NCBI GenBank assembly: GCA_027022365.1
Contig: JALVYU010000031.1
Location: 320,001 to 384,000, forward strand
Origin: Desulfurococcales archaeon
Lineage (GTDB): Archaea > Thermoproteota > Thermoprotei_A > Sulfolobales > Desulfurococcaceae
DNA length: 64,000 nt
Direction of reading: 5' to 3'
This document shows positions 39,510 through 49,472 of the stretch, in pieces (position 1 is the first letter of the stretch; each line of letters starts with the position of its first letter). A program made the translations under genes and the position numbers. The notes beneath the pieces are model-generated. The model saw only the letters and a program-made list of their open reading frames with translations, was not told the origin of the DNA and did no database searches.

Positions 39510-40289
39510 CTAGCTTGATATTATTATTGGTCTTAGAGACGATAGGATGACCGCGCGGGCTAATGGTGTCAGCATGTAGCCCCTAAATACTTTCTTGTAG
39601 AATATGTCCGGGTGTACTATGCAGAACCTGTAGTCCCTGAGCCCGTCCTCTATCTTCTCCTCTATTTTCCCGCTCTGTATTCTTGATAGGACTAGGTGTT
39701 TGTAGCGTAGATCCTTCCTTCCCCTCAGGTATTTCTCGATCTCCTCTGGGCTCGGCTTATGGGTGAAGGCCAGCTCCACGGTATCGATGTCCACTAAGCT
39801 AGTATACCCCGTGTGGAACCTATAGGGCGGCTTATCCTTGGCGAGAATAAGTATGTCGCGGCTCTTACCGATCCTTGTCTGCGGGGTATAAAGGATCAGG
39901 CTAGTCCTCCCCTCAAGTACGGGCTTGGCAACTGCAACCAATAATCTCTTGCTCGGCGGCAACTGCAACGGTATAAATACGGTCTCATACGTGTACTCCT
40001 CAAGATACCTCCTAAGAGCCTCGCCTGGCTTCCCCCTAATAATGTCCCTTCCCGCAACCTCGATACCCTTGGCCCCCAGGATTTCCTCGGCCCTAGCGAA
40101 TTCTTTCTCGAGCTTTCTCATGACTACATCCACATATAATTTATTGAGCACCGCCCTGCCTCTGAGGCAAGGTATAACACCAACCATGTAAACGTCATGG
40201 CCGGGGAGAAGCACATCAATGTCGCGAAGCATGTTCTCTATAGATTCCCACTCACCATAAACAACGATCAACGCACGTGACCTAGGCAT
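39510..40289 (-). CDS. Hypothetical protein, universal stress protein-like fold
   Basis: RGKPGEAL...; tandem UspA-like pattern ending ARAVILSSLRPIII. Confidence 0.6.
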   Translation of the reverse strand: MPRSRALIVVYGEWESIENMLRDIDVLLPGHDVYMVGVIPCLRGRAVLNKLYVDVVMRKLEKEFARAEEILGAKGIEVAGRDIIRGKPGEALRRYLEEYTYETVFIPLQLPPSKRLLVAVAKPVLEGRTSLILYTPQTRIGKSRDILILAKDKPPYRFHTGYTSLVDIDTVELAFTHKPSPEEIEKYLRGRKDLRYKHLVLSRIQSGKIEEKIEDGLRDYRFCIVHPDIFYKKVFRGYMLTPLARAVILSSLRPIIISS

Positions 40290-40389
40290 GACTCACCACG
40301 AAGGATAATATGAGTCACTATATTCTTGATCAAGCGGATAAATAATATTATTCTTTATAAGGAACAACAGTATTGAAGAGGTGCAATAA

Positions 40390-41139
40390 TTGGATTTAAC
40401 CTCATATCTTCTTCACCCGAGAGACGAGTTCGATAAGATAAGCAAAAAGATCCCTATGAGTTTCGTCGAGGAAGTAATAGAGGTTGAACCACTTGATGAG
40501 TTTACCGCACAGTTACCCGAGGATCTACCTTTGGTGCTGGAGAGGGCTGGTCATGGCCTTCATTTCGTGGTGATCAAAATCGGTGAGAAAACCTATAAGC
40601 TACTCCTAAGCGGAGCCAGAATAGCAAATATATCATTATTCCATGGAGGGGAGGAAGTTAGCGGTCTTAGGGCGTTTGAGAAACTATTTAAAGAGCAGGG
40701 CCCAGCACTGATCTACGTTTATCGCGTACACCCACCGACAGCAAAGGCGATTAAATCCCTCATGTCAGGCTACGAGCCCATGGATAGGATACATGAGGAA
40801 ATGATATCGCTAGCCAATAGCATCATAATAGAAACAATCCTTGGTAGACTTGGAGAGGCAAGAAAAGCGTTGAAGAATCTATACAGACATACAGTAGACA
40901 AGCATTTTCCCTTCGAAGAGAATCTTATGAAGCGATACAACTACCCCAACATCTATGAACACATAAAGTATCATAAACTCTACAGGGAAGCACTAGAGCA
41001 GATCATGACGCTGGCCGCGAAAGAACAGTACATGGATATGATCTACGAACTACTAACAACGTTTGACTCGTACCTAAAATACATGGGAGACGAGGACAAG
41101 AGGCTGGCCAGATACATCAAGATGATAATAAACAAATAA
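40390..41139 (+). CDS. Hemerythrin-domain fusion protein
   Basis: C-terminal GYEPMDRIH...HFPFEENLM....YP....HIKYH...EDK; unassigned N-terminal ~120-aa domain. Confidence 0.85.
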   Translation: MDLTSYLLHPRDEFDKISKKIPMSFVEEVIEVEPLDEFTAQLPEDLPLVLERAGHGLHFVVIKIGEKTYKLLLSGARIANISLFHGGEEVSGLRAFEKLFKEQGPALIYVYRVHPPTAKAIKSLMSGYEPMDRIHEEMISLANSIIIETILGRLGEARKALKNLYRHTVDKHFPFEENLMKRYNYPNIYEHIKYHKLYREALEQIMTLAAKEQYMDMIYELLTTFDSYLKYMGDEDKRLARYIKMIINK

Positions 41140-41413
41140 GTATCCCATAGAAAAAACACGGACATCCTCTCATGATAGCTTGGCTGACAGCAATGTAGTT
41201 ATGGAAGTATAAAAGGGGTTTTCTGTAGTTGTTGGCTACAGGGAGCGCCCAATAAATCCCAGGCGAGGCCAGACGGCGGCTCGAGATCACTAGGATTTAA
41301 CTCGCTAACCACAGTAGGGGGTATTCATGGAAACGGCTGGATAATCCTGCCTGGCCTTGTCATGGTGGAGTCGGCGAAGCTGATCGCGTGAATAAAAACC
41401 AGGGTATGCATCC

Positions 41414-42538
41414 TCATATTTTATCGATCGTATAACCTATCTTCCCATTATATAACAGTACCGGGTAGCCTCCAATATCTTTGCTCGAATAGTTTGAGGA
41501 GACGCCATACACGTATAGCGTGAAATAATTTGTTGATAAGTCGTTAAAGTCCTCCGCAACAACGCTGTCGGTTCCATTATACCACTTGATCTCTTCTACG
41601 ATGTTGTCAATATACATGTCGTAAAGGCCGGCTACATCCCAAACACCGAAGCACTCATCAACAATATCTGCTCCGTATAAACCTGTATATTTTCTCAGCA
41701 CAATTGTTTTTCCGTCTATGGCTAGTTTGAATTCGATAATATTGTTTGGATAGGCGGAGAACTCTAAGTCGATGTGGTGAGGGGTATACACCCTGAAGTT
41801 GGTGAATACTTCTTCTCGGCTCACAGTATCGTAGAAGACTATGGTTCCATTCTTGTATGCTTTGATATCGAAGAAGAAATTGTTACCGTTTTGGTAGAGG
41901 CGTATCTCATGTATTATGGTATAGTCTTCGCCTAGCTGGAATAGACCATACCATATATTATAACCTATACGTAGCTTCTCAATATTACTTCCTATATACA
42001 GATCTATGCCGTAGTATCTCCAAAACTGGTGGTATATCGCCGAAAAATGCTCTGGGTCATAATCCCACGCGTTGAAGTATCCTTTCTTAATATAGCTTAG
42101 CACGGGGTGTGCAGTAAGCTTTATTGTTTTATAGAAGGTTGCCCCCGACGAAGTCAGGATCTTGAACTCGACCATGACGCCGGGGACGAGCTGGAACTCC
42201 TGGGTTCTAACAGCGATTTCTACGAGGTGGCCCGGCTTGATCGGCACCTCTCCGTAGCCAATATACTTGTTACTTGTTTCATCCCACGCCCACATTATTT
42301 TGGCTTCCCGCCCATTGATCAGTACATGTGTTATCGTTGTTTCGGCAGAGCCAGTATTCTTGATATAAAGCAGTATTGTTTTAATCGCCATTTCGGCGTC
42401 ATAGAATTCGAGCTTTATGGTGCCTCTATTAATCATGTTCGCAGCCATAGACGATACCCATAGTGCATAGGCAACGCTTATTGCAATAACTATCGCAACA
42501 ATTATTACCGTTGCGAGCAACGATTGCATACTCTTCAA
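41414..42538 (-). CDS. Type IV pilin/archaellin-like surface protein with a C-terminal beta domain
   Basis: GGTGG RBS then TTG giving MKS|MQSLLATVIIVAIVIAISVAYALW; pilin-like IKNTGS..TITHVLING...IKPG...PG....KILTSSG. Confidence 0.8.
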   Translation of the reverse strand: MKSMQSLLATVIIVAIVIAISVAYALWVSSMAANMINRGTIKLEFYDAEMAIKTILLYIKNTGSAETTITHVLINGREAKIMWAWDETSNKYIGYGEVPIKPGHLVEIAVRTQEFQLVPGVMVEFKILTSSGATFYKTIKLTAHPVLSYIKKGYFNAWDYDPEHFSAIYHQFWRYYGIDLYIGSNIEKLRIGYNIWYGLFQLGEDYTIIHEIRLYQNGNNFFFDIKAYKNGTIVFYDTVSREEVFTNFRVYTPHHIDLEFSAYPNNIIEFKLAIDGKTIVLRKYTGLYGADIVDECFGVWDVAGLYDMYIDNIVEEIKWYNGTDSVVAEDFNDLSTNYFTLYVYGVSSNYSSKDIGGYPVLLYNGKIGYTIDKI

Positions 42539-42857
42539 GAATACCACCATTAAGTATCTTGACCATGATATCTTATCAAGGAACAATTAATTCATTTGAT
42601 ATATAATGTTTTTGAAAAGTAGCCGCTAACCACGCAGCTATAGCTGGCTTCAAAAGAATAATGGATGAATAATCTTATCCTTATTTTTATCCCTATGACA
42701 ATGCAACAATGCTTGAAGGTTTATCTAAATATGCCTGTTATCCGGCTCCGTAGAGAGTAGCTAAACATACCGTTTTACTCCGGCTCCTTTCGGAATAACT
42801 GCTCGTTCGGATCCGTCTTCATCATTAATTGATTATTACCGGGAAAGAATTTAGATT

Positions 42858-44825
42858 CTACTGGTTCAAGAGCTCTTCGAGCTTTGCATAGAATTTCTTC
42901 CACCACTCCCGCGCCGCTTTCTCCTTGTTGAGCTGGAAGAGCGTTGCCCATTTCTCGTTGCCGAATTCCTTTGCTCCTAGGGCTAGGTAGTCTATGACTT
43001 TGCGGCTGTCCCAGAAGCTCGGTGCTGCTCCTGCTTTGTCCTGGTACTCGAGGATCTTCTTGTACAGCTTCTTGTATCTGGCGTCGAGGTCTTTGAGCCC
43101 GAACAACTGGTCTAGTATCTTGTCCAGTGTTTTCTCGAGCCATCCGCGGTGGAAGCGGCAGAATCCACCGTTATCGCTCCACATCTCCTTGATCGCCCTC
43201 GTGAATGCTTTCTCCGCGTACTCCTCGGGCTCAGTGAAGACGCTCTTGTATAGGGTCCAGTACCTGCCGAGAACCGCGAGTGGCGCCACCATCCCAGGCG
43301 TCCAGTAATAGTTCGGCGTTATGTGTCCTTCCTCGCCGAAGCTCGCATACACTATTAGGTCGCTGAACCTCCACCCAGCCTGCTTCACCCTGTCCTCATA
43401 GAGTATGTCCAGTATCTTGGCGGCCGACCTGAGACCGCGTTCACCAACTAGTTTTAGGAGCGGGTTCCCACCCCATGCAAGTTTCTCGAGTATGCTGACA
43501 GCTAGCTCCGCGTTCGTCTTGCTGTACTCGATACTGTATTTCTCCGGGTTGAAGAACGGCTTTCGGGGCAGGCCCAGCTCCTCGGGCCTTAGGAGGCCCT
43601 TCTCCATAGCGTCGTAGAGGAAGCCTATCACCTGGCCGGTCTCGATCGCGTCGAAGCCGAGTGCATCTGCTTTCTCCACGGCTTTCTGGGCCTCGTGTAT
43701 CTCGAAGACCCCTATGAATGGACCGAAGCCCTCGTATGGCTCGTAGTCGGTCTTGTACCTGCCGAGCCTCACCTTCTTACATGCTATTGGGCATGGTTCT
43801 CCACAGGTCTTCCAGGTCTTGGTCTCTATTGCTTCGCGGTTGAAAGGCTCCCAGATGAACTTCATGATTAGTTCGTGTAGTCTCTGCCTGAGCTCCTGCG
43901 GCAGATAGATCATGTTCCAGTTGAACATCGGGGTGAGGGTTTTTAGGTGTGGGTAGTTTCCTCCGAGGGTACCGCCCGTGTTGAGCTTGGGGTTAAACCT
44001 GTACTTCGTCCCGGCCTCTATCACCATTGTGACGTACGGCTTCTTCGCAATGTCTAGGAATAACTGGTTGATCGTCTTCAAGTCCCTCAGCTGCTCGGGG
44101 AGATCCTTGCTTCTATCATAAGCTCCGCCATAGATTATCGCGGCAACATGATGGGCACGATATAGCACGCTTCCGGGCCCGCCCCTTGCAGCGTAGTCTT
44201 CGCTGCCCCAATCAATTCTTCCCTTATGGAGAGTTATGCTAGCAAGCGCTCCGAGGCTCGTGTACTTAGCGGCTGGGCCGACCAGGACGCTCCTACCGTC
44301 GTATTTCTCGTAGAACTCCCTGTAGGTGTCGCTGAGGTACTCCTGGAGAGCATACACTCCCTCGAGCCCCTTGTAGCCCCTCCATATCTCCTCGAGCTTG
44401 TCCTCCTCGATCTCGATAAACTCTACCCTAACCTCCCCAGTGCCGGGGTCCTCGAGCTTAAGTATCAATGGCTTCTCGCTCTTCCCCACAACAACGACTG
44501 CATCAACTCCCAGTCTGAACTGGTATGCGGCGCCGCCCATCGCTGCTACGTGGAAGCCCCTCGTCAATGGGCTCTTGAACGCTGCCACGAGGCGGTGGCT
44601 ACCATATAGTTTGCTCCCAGCAAACAATCCCGCACCGAGAACCAGGGCGTTCTCGGGACTGTATACTGGTTTCTTCCAAGTCTCCAGCTCCTCGAGATGA
44701 ACCTTAAGCCCCAGCTCTATAGGCCCCATAACCTCCTCGATCGGATACTCCTTCACCCACGTCTTCCTCGTGGAAACATCTATGAATAAAGCCCTATACG
44801 ATTTCTTCACCGTTAAACCCCCCAT
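42858..44825 (-). CDS. gor: Glyceraldehyde-3-phosphate:ferredoxin oxidoreductase (GAPOR)
   Basis: 655-aa AOR-family protein with GAPOR-type GSHRL, AMGGAAY, SEDYAARGGPGS, TGGTLGGNY, TCGEPCP.ACKK, DYEPY, PNYYWTPG, FCRFHRGW. Confidence 0.92.
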   Translation of the reverse strand: MGGLTVKKSYRALFIDVSTRKTWVKEYPIEEVMGPIELGLKVHLEELETWKKPVYSPENALVLGAGLFAGSKLYGSHRLVAAFKSPLTRGFHVAAMGGAAYQFRLGVDAVVVVGKSEKPLILKLEDPGTGEVRVEFIEIEEDKLEEIWRGYKGLEGVYALQEYLSDTYREFYEKYDGRSVLVGPAAKYTSLGALASITLHKGRIDWGSEDYAARGGPGSVLYRAHHVAAIIYGGAYDRSKDLPEQLRDLKTINQLFLDIAKKPYVTMVIEAGTKYRFNPKLNTGGTLGGNYPHLKTLTPMFNWNMIYLPQELRQRLHELIMKFIWEPFNREAIETKTWKTCGEPCPIACKKVRLGRYKTDYEPYEGFGPFIGVFEIHEAQKAVEKADALGFDAIETGQVIGFLYDAMEKGLLRPEELGLPRKPFFNPEKYSIEYSKTNAELAVSILEKLAWGGNPLLKLVGERGLRSAAKILDILYEDRVKQAGWRFSDLIVYASFGEEGHITPNYYWTPGMVAPLAVLGRYWTLYKSVFTEPEEYAEKAFTRAIKEMWSDNGGFCRFHRGWLEKTLDKILDQLFGLKDLDARYKKLYKKILEYQDKAGAAPSFWDSRKVIDYLALGAKEFGNEKWATLFQLNKEKAAREWWKKFYAKLEELLNQ

Positions 44826-45028
44826 AACAATTGTCTCTACAGACTCATAGTGTACATATTATTAATCAAGTTATATAAGAATACCCTAGCATCCAAAGGC
44901 GAGTCTACAAAGCCGATTAAAATAATTATATTAAAGAGAGAATATGACTAGATATACATACGATCTTTTAGGTCGGTACAAGCAAGAGAACAGCTGGAAA
45001 ATGATGTTCTGAGCTGAATAATGACCTA

Positions 45029-45973
45029 TTACCGCTTCTTTCTACCAGCCATATAATACAATACTATAACTGCGGCACTGGCCCCCAGGAGTAGGGGGAG
45101 AATATAAGAACTAGCAGTGCTATAGGGACGGGCATTACTCTCTGCTGACGTGCTGGTATTTCCGAGAGGAACAGGCGATCCTCGGTCTGCCTCGATCACT
45201 ATTGGTACACTGTAGCCTATAATATCCCTTAAGGCCCTGAAGAGATTCTCCACGCTCTCCCTAGAGGGCTTGGCCCTGACTCCATCGAGTACTATGCCGA
45301 GGCACCCGAAAGCCTTGTACCTGCCCGAGAAGGATAGCCCGGGTAGCTTGCCGCCGTTAACACTTCTTAAGGCTTTCTCGAGCTCTATAGATAGCTTGCT
45401 GAACTGGGAATGCCTACTGCTAACATTGTATATAGTGTCCAGTATGGGTACCAGCTTCGCGGCCGCTTCATCCACAGCGCCCGGATCATATACGATGCCC
45501 CGCGGTATGAGCTTAACCACAATGACGACTCCCTCGTTACGCGCAATAGGCTCTATGGCGCGCACCGCCTCTTCAAGCCGATCCTTATTGCTTGGCTGTA
45601 TTACTGGCAGTACTATGACCCTAACACTCTTGTTAACAAGGTATATTGACCCCCTATATGGGATCTCCAGTCCACATTTCTCACGGAGTAAATCAATGAC
45701 CCTGTCCTCGAGACAACTGATCTTGCTATAGCTCTTAAATGAGGCAACGGATACTATGGGTGTGAACCTGCAGTGCTTACAGCCACATATATCGCTGACA
45801 TGGTAGTATCCAATAAAGCCATCGCCAGAGTATATGAAATAATTTACTCCACGAATACCGCTGATCTTGTATGTGTACTTGAAGCCCTCCACTCTAACAT
45901 ACATATTGCCTAGACCAGCGGCAACACTGCTCAAAAACGCGGAGAAAACTACCATTATTAATAACCAAGACAT
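45029..45973 (-). CDS. Secreted, C-terminally membrane-anchored hypothetical protein
   Basis: N-terminal hydrophobic signal, S/T linker, C-terminal TM followed by RKKR. Confidence 0.75.
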   Translation of the reverse strand: MSWLLIMVVFSAFLSSVAAGLGNMYVRVEGFKYTYKISGIRGVNYFIYSGDGFIGYYHVSDICGCKHCRFTPIVSVASFKSYSKISCLEDRVIDLLREKCGLEIPYRGSIYLVNKSVRVIVLPVIQPSNKDRLEEAVRAIEPIARNEGVVIVVKLIPRGIVYDPGAVDEAAAKLVPILDTIYNVSSRHSQFSKLSIELEKALRSVNGGKLPGLSFSGRYKAFGCLGIVLDGVRAKPSRESVENLFRALRDIIGYSVPIVIEADRGSPVPLGNTSTSAESNARPYSTASSYILPLLLGASAAVIVLYYMAGRKKR

Positions 45974-46129
45974 AATTTTAGCTTCACGGATCTGATCTAC
46001 TATACCTGGACACCTTTTCCAATTCTTTATCTGTAAGCTTGATTATTTGTATATAGATATCTACATATATATTTTCCTGTATTCATAGTGCTCCACCAGC
46101 CTAAATCCTAACGATCCTTGAAGAAATGT

Positions 46130-46876
46130 TTATCCAAAAATTATCTTCTCCATGGTCCTGCCGCTTAAGAGGAGCCACAGGTATACCGTGTAGAAGATCA
46201 GGATAATTATGAGCGCTACTATTGATGTAACCGGGTTAACCACATCATATATGCCATAGAAACTATACCGCATAAGCTCAACCACGTAAGTCAGGGGCAA
46301 CACATAGGATACTGGCTGGAGAAACCATGGAAGCATGAACACTGGTATGAATATCCCTGACAAGAACATCATTGTGAATCTCAATATGTTCATTACAACC
46401 ATGCTATTCTCTATGCTTGCGAGTAGAGCTATTATTGAGCCGATCAGGGAGAAAACAATCGAGCCCAGAATTATCGCGATAATCAGCGGTAATACATGGA
46501 TGACATGTATAGGCGTCAAAACAGATGCTATCACGCTGGCTATTCCAGCCCCTATAAATCCAAATATGAGGCCCGATAATACTTTCGCAGTAACCAGACT
46601 TGCCAGGTTTATAGGGGTATAGAGGAGCTTCTCTATACTTCTAGCTTTTCGCTCAATACCCATTGCGACCTGACTCATTGTCGTTGAGGACCACATCATG
46701 GCTAATGCGATAACTCCGGATATTATTCTCCAATTATAAGAAGCAGCTAACACCAGCATTGCAACAATTGCTATGGGTGTTATGAAGCCCCAGCTCAGAG
46801 TAGGGGGCTTCAAATAGTATTGCCTAAGGTCTTTTTGTAGAATAATTATGGTGTCTCTTAAGAAGCCCATTTTCAT
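46130..46876 (-). CDS. ABC-2 transporter permease
   Basis: ER....EKLLYTP, FLSGIFIPV..LPWFLQPVSYVLPLTY. Confidence 0.92.
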   Translation of the reverse strand: MKMGFLRDTIIILQKDLRQYYLKPPTLSWGFITPIAIVAMLVLAASYNWRIISGVIALAMMWSSTTMSQVAMGIERKARSIEKLLYTPINLASLVTAKVLSGLIFGFIGAGIASVIASVLTPIHVIHVLPLIIAIILGSIVFSLIGSIIALLASIENSMVVMNILRFTMMFLSGIFIPVFMLPWFLQPVSYVLPLTYVVELMRYSFYGIYDVVNPVTSIVALIIILIFYTVYLWLLLSGRTMEKIIFG

Positions 46877-47814
46877 TTCACCGGTTTCCTATAGATCCGG
46901 ATAAAGATCTTGTCCCAGGGTGTCCCCGCCATTCTGATAGAGTCGATTCCATTTCCGTTGCTCGATAGAATATCCTCAGCACGGCTAAGCAGTTCTGGTA
47001 GATCGCGGGATCTCCTGTAATAAGCAACTACTCCGTGTCTGCTAACAACCTTGAAACCTTCTCTCTCTAGTGCAGTCCTAGTACGGGGGTCTATAGGCTT
47101 CTTTGTTGTTATGATAATCTGCTCTTCGATAGGATACTTCGTCATTAGCTCTGAAGGAGTTGTCTCTAAGACCTTTTCTCCATTTTTCAGGATTATAACC
47201 TTGTTAGAGAGATCCATTGTCTCAGGAATATTGTGTGAAGTTATGATTATAGCCTTGCCTTCTCTTGAGAGCTCGATGATGTTCTTTTTGATCAAATTCT
47301 TTCTCTCAACATCGATTGCATTGAAGGGTTCATCTAACAATATGATTTCTGGGTCATGGATTATGGATGATATATAGTCAAATATTCTCTTCAAACCCAT
47401 TGATAATTTCGCGTATTTCCGTGGAAGAAATGATGCAACATTAAAATAATTTGATAACTCTTTTATTTGATCATTACATATGTTTTTATCAATACTATAC
47501 AGTCTACACAGGATGTTTAGTGAGTCCTTAACGGGGAGATCAGGGAATAGTGATGGTTCCTCAGTCATGATACCCATAATCCTCTTCCTCAACGAGGCCT
47601 TATCGGTCATATCTTTTCCATTGATAATAATTCTACCTTTATCTGGGCGTAGGACGCCTCCGATAATCCTTATTGTCGTGGTCTTTCCTGCTCCATTTGG
47701 TCCAAGGAGTGCTAGGATCTCTCCCTTACCTAAAGTAAAGGAAAGATCTCGTACTGCGACTGTTTTTCCATAGGATTTATAGATATTATCCACAACTAAT
47801 ATGGCTGGGCTCAT
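46873..47814 (-). CDS. ABC exporter ATP-binding protein
   Basis: GPNGAGKTT, LSMG, LLDEP, TSHN. Confidence 0.93.
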   Translation of the reverse strand: MSPAILVVDNIYKSYGKTVAVRDLSFTLGKGEILALLGPNGAGKTTTIRIIGGVLRPDKGRIIINGKDMTDKASLRKRIMGIMTEEPSLFPDLPVKDSLNILCRLYSIDKNICNDQIKELSNYFNVASFLPRKYAKLSMGLKRIFDYISSIIHDPEIILLDEPFNAIDVERKNLIKKNIIELSREGKAIIITSHNIPETMDLSNKVIILKNGEKVLETTPSELMTKYPIEEQIIITTKKPIDPRTRTALEREGFKVVSRHGVVAYYRRSRDLPELLSRAEDILSSNGNGIDSIRMAGTPWDKIFIRIYRKPVK

Positions 47815-47907
47815 ATGATGACGCCTTCGATATAGATAAATGTTTAATCTGGATAATCATTAATAGTATTCTCTGAGGCTTGTAATTAAGCATAAAGGTG
47901 TATATTA

Positions 47908-49434
47908 TTGCATATAATGAAATTTGTTGTATTTATGACATTGTCTATTATGCTGATATTGTCTTATACCCAGCCTAGCGTTGCTTATTCTATGGCGCAT
48001 CCACGTAATACTAGGATCCTTTGGCCCATGTACATGTATTCTCCACAGCACAATGGCACTTTTCCTGGACGCTCCGCTAGTCATGCAACAGGTTTCAAGG
48101 TAATGTGGAGATTTGAGGCGAAACTTTGTATTGCTAGCCAGCCAGCTGTAGCAGAGATCAATGGTGTGACTCTCATTTATTTCTCGAGCTGTGACGGGCA
48201 TTTATACGTGGTTAATAACAAAGGCAAGCTGGTTTGGTCATATGATACAGGCGGTGGAATGGATACACCAGCCCTAGGGGATGTTAACGGTGATGGAAAA
48301 ATCGATGTGGTCGTGGGGAGCGGGCCGGGAGATCTCTGGATCCTCGATGCAACAACTGGGAAGCTAGAGTACAGGATACATGGCGACTTCAGCATAACCT
48401 CACCGACACTCTATCCAATATATTCTAGGCACGACGATATAGTGATAGGGAGCTGGGATGGAAGCCTCTATATAATAACAATAATGAACAACCATCCGGT
48501 AATTAAGAAGATCAGAATAGGGAACTGCATAATTTACTCTCCAACAATCGTGACAATAAATGAAAAACCATACATACTGATTGGGACGGCTCTCTCCGAG
48601 CAGGAGATAGGGGAAACAAGAGGCTATATAGCATTGATCGATCCGAATATAGGTAAAATAATTGCCTATAATGAGATAGGCAACCAGATCCATGGAGGAA
48701 TACCCGTGACGAATTACGAAGGAGTTACGATAGCTGTAGCGACCACATTGCACCAGGTAGTCATATTCAAACTACCAAGTCTCAAAATAATTAGACAGAT
48801 AAATGTACCAGGATACATATCAATGAGCCCAGCAATCGGTGACTTCAACGGCGACAATGTACCAGACATTGCTGTAGCGAGCAGCCAGGGATTATTCGTC
48901 TACAGCATTAACGGTACACAAATATATAGTTTCCCATACACGAAGGGATATGCAACCCCCCTATATGCGGATGTTGATGGCGATGGAATATCAGAGATAA
49001 TAGTTCCAGGCTATGACGGGCGACTAGTAATTATCAACTATAAGAAAGGCCCCGAGTACTTCCTAGAGACAAAGGGGCCGCTCATGAGGCCCCCAAGTAT
49101 CGCGGACATAGACAATGACGGTATGCTCGAGATCCTATTAACAAGCAGGGACTTCCACCTATACTGCATAAAGCCGATACCAGAGACAACGAGCACCTCT
49201 GAAATAACCACTACAACACGCGGAAACATAGGATCAGCAACTCTTCAAACCCCTACACAATATCCTATGCAAAGCATCACGGAAACTTCTATCCCGGAAC
49301 ATAACGGTGGAGCTCGTAATCCTAGTGGCTTATCAATACCAGTACAACCAGACATACTTGTTATAATGACAGCTGGACTATCGATAATTCTCGTCATAAT
49401 AGCTATAATATCGAAATACTACAGTATAAAATGA
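47908..49434 (+). CDS. FG-GAP/PQQ-like beta-propeller cell-surface protein
   Basis: Signal peptide; four Ca-loop repeats GDVNGDGKID, GDFNGDNVPD, ADVDGDGISE, ADIDNDGMLE; Thr-rich stalk; C-terminal TM. Confidence 0.88.
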   Translation: MHIMKFVVFMTLSIMLILSYTQPSVAYSMAHPRNTRILWPMYMYSPQHNGTFPGRSASHATGFKVMWRFEAKLCIASQPAVAEINGVTLIYFSSCDGHLYVVNNKGKLVWSYDTGGGMDTPALGDVNGDGKIDVVVGSGPGDLWILDATTGKLEYRIHGDFSITSPTLYPIYSRHDDIVIGSWDGSLYIITIMNNHPVIKKIRIGNCIIYSPTIVTINEKPYILIGTALSEQEIGETRGYIALIDPNIGKIIAYNEIGNQIHGGIPVTNYEGVTIAVATTLHQVVIFKLPSLKIIRQINVPGYISMSPAIGDFNGDNVPDIAVASSQGLFVYSINGTQIYSFPYTKGYATPLYADVDGDGISEIIVPGYDGRLVIINYKKGPEYFLETKGPLMRPPSIADIDNDGMLEILLTSRDFHLYCIKPIPETTSTSEITTTTRGNIGSATLQTPTQYPMQSITETSIPEHNGGARNPSGLSIPVQPDILVIMTAGLSIILVIIAIISKYYSIK

Positions 49435-49472
49435 AAAATATTTTATATCCGTAATTATGTTTGTAAAGGATA

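Noticed and set aside
41200-41400. GC-rich spacer with stems CTGTAG/CTACAG and AGGCCAG/CTGGCCT
   Set aside because: No SRP, RNase P, tRNA or H/ACA hallmark, and the pairing is within chance expectation.
42770-42830. Minus-strand ATGATGA downstream of gor as a possible C/D box sRNA
   Set aside because: No convincing C' box or terminal CTGA at the canonical spacing.
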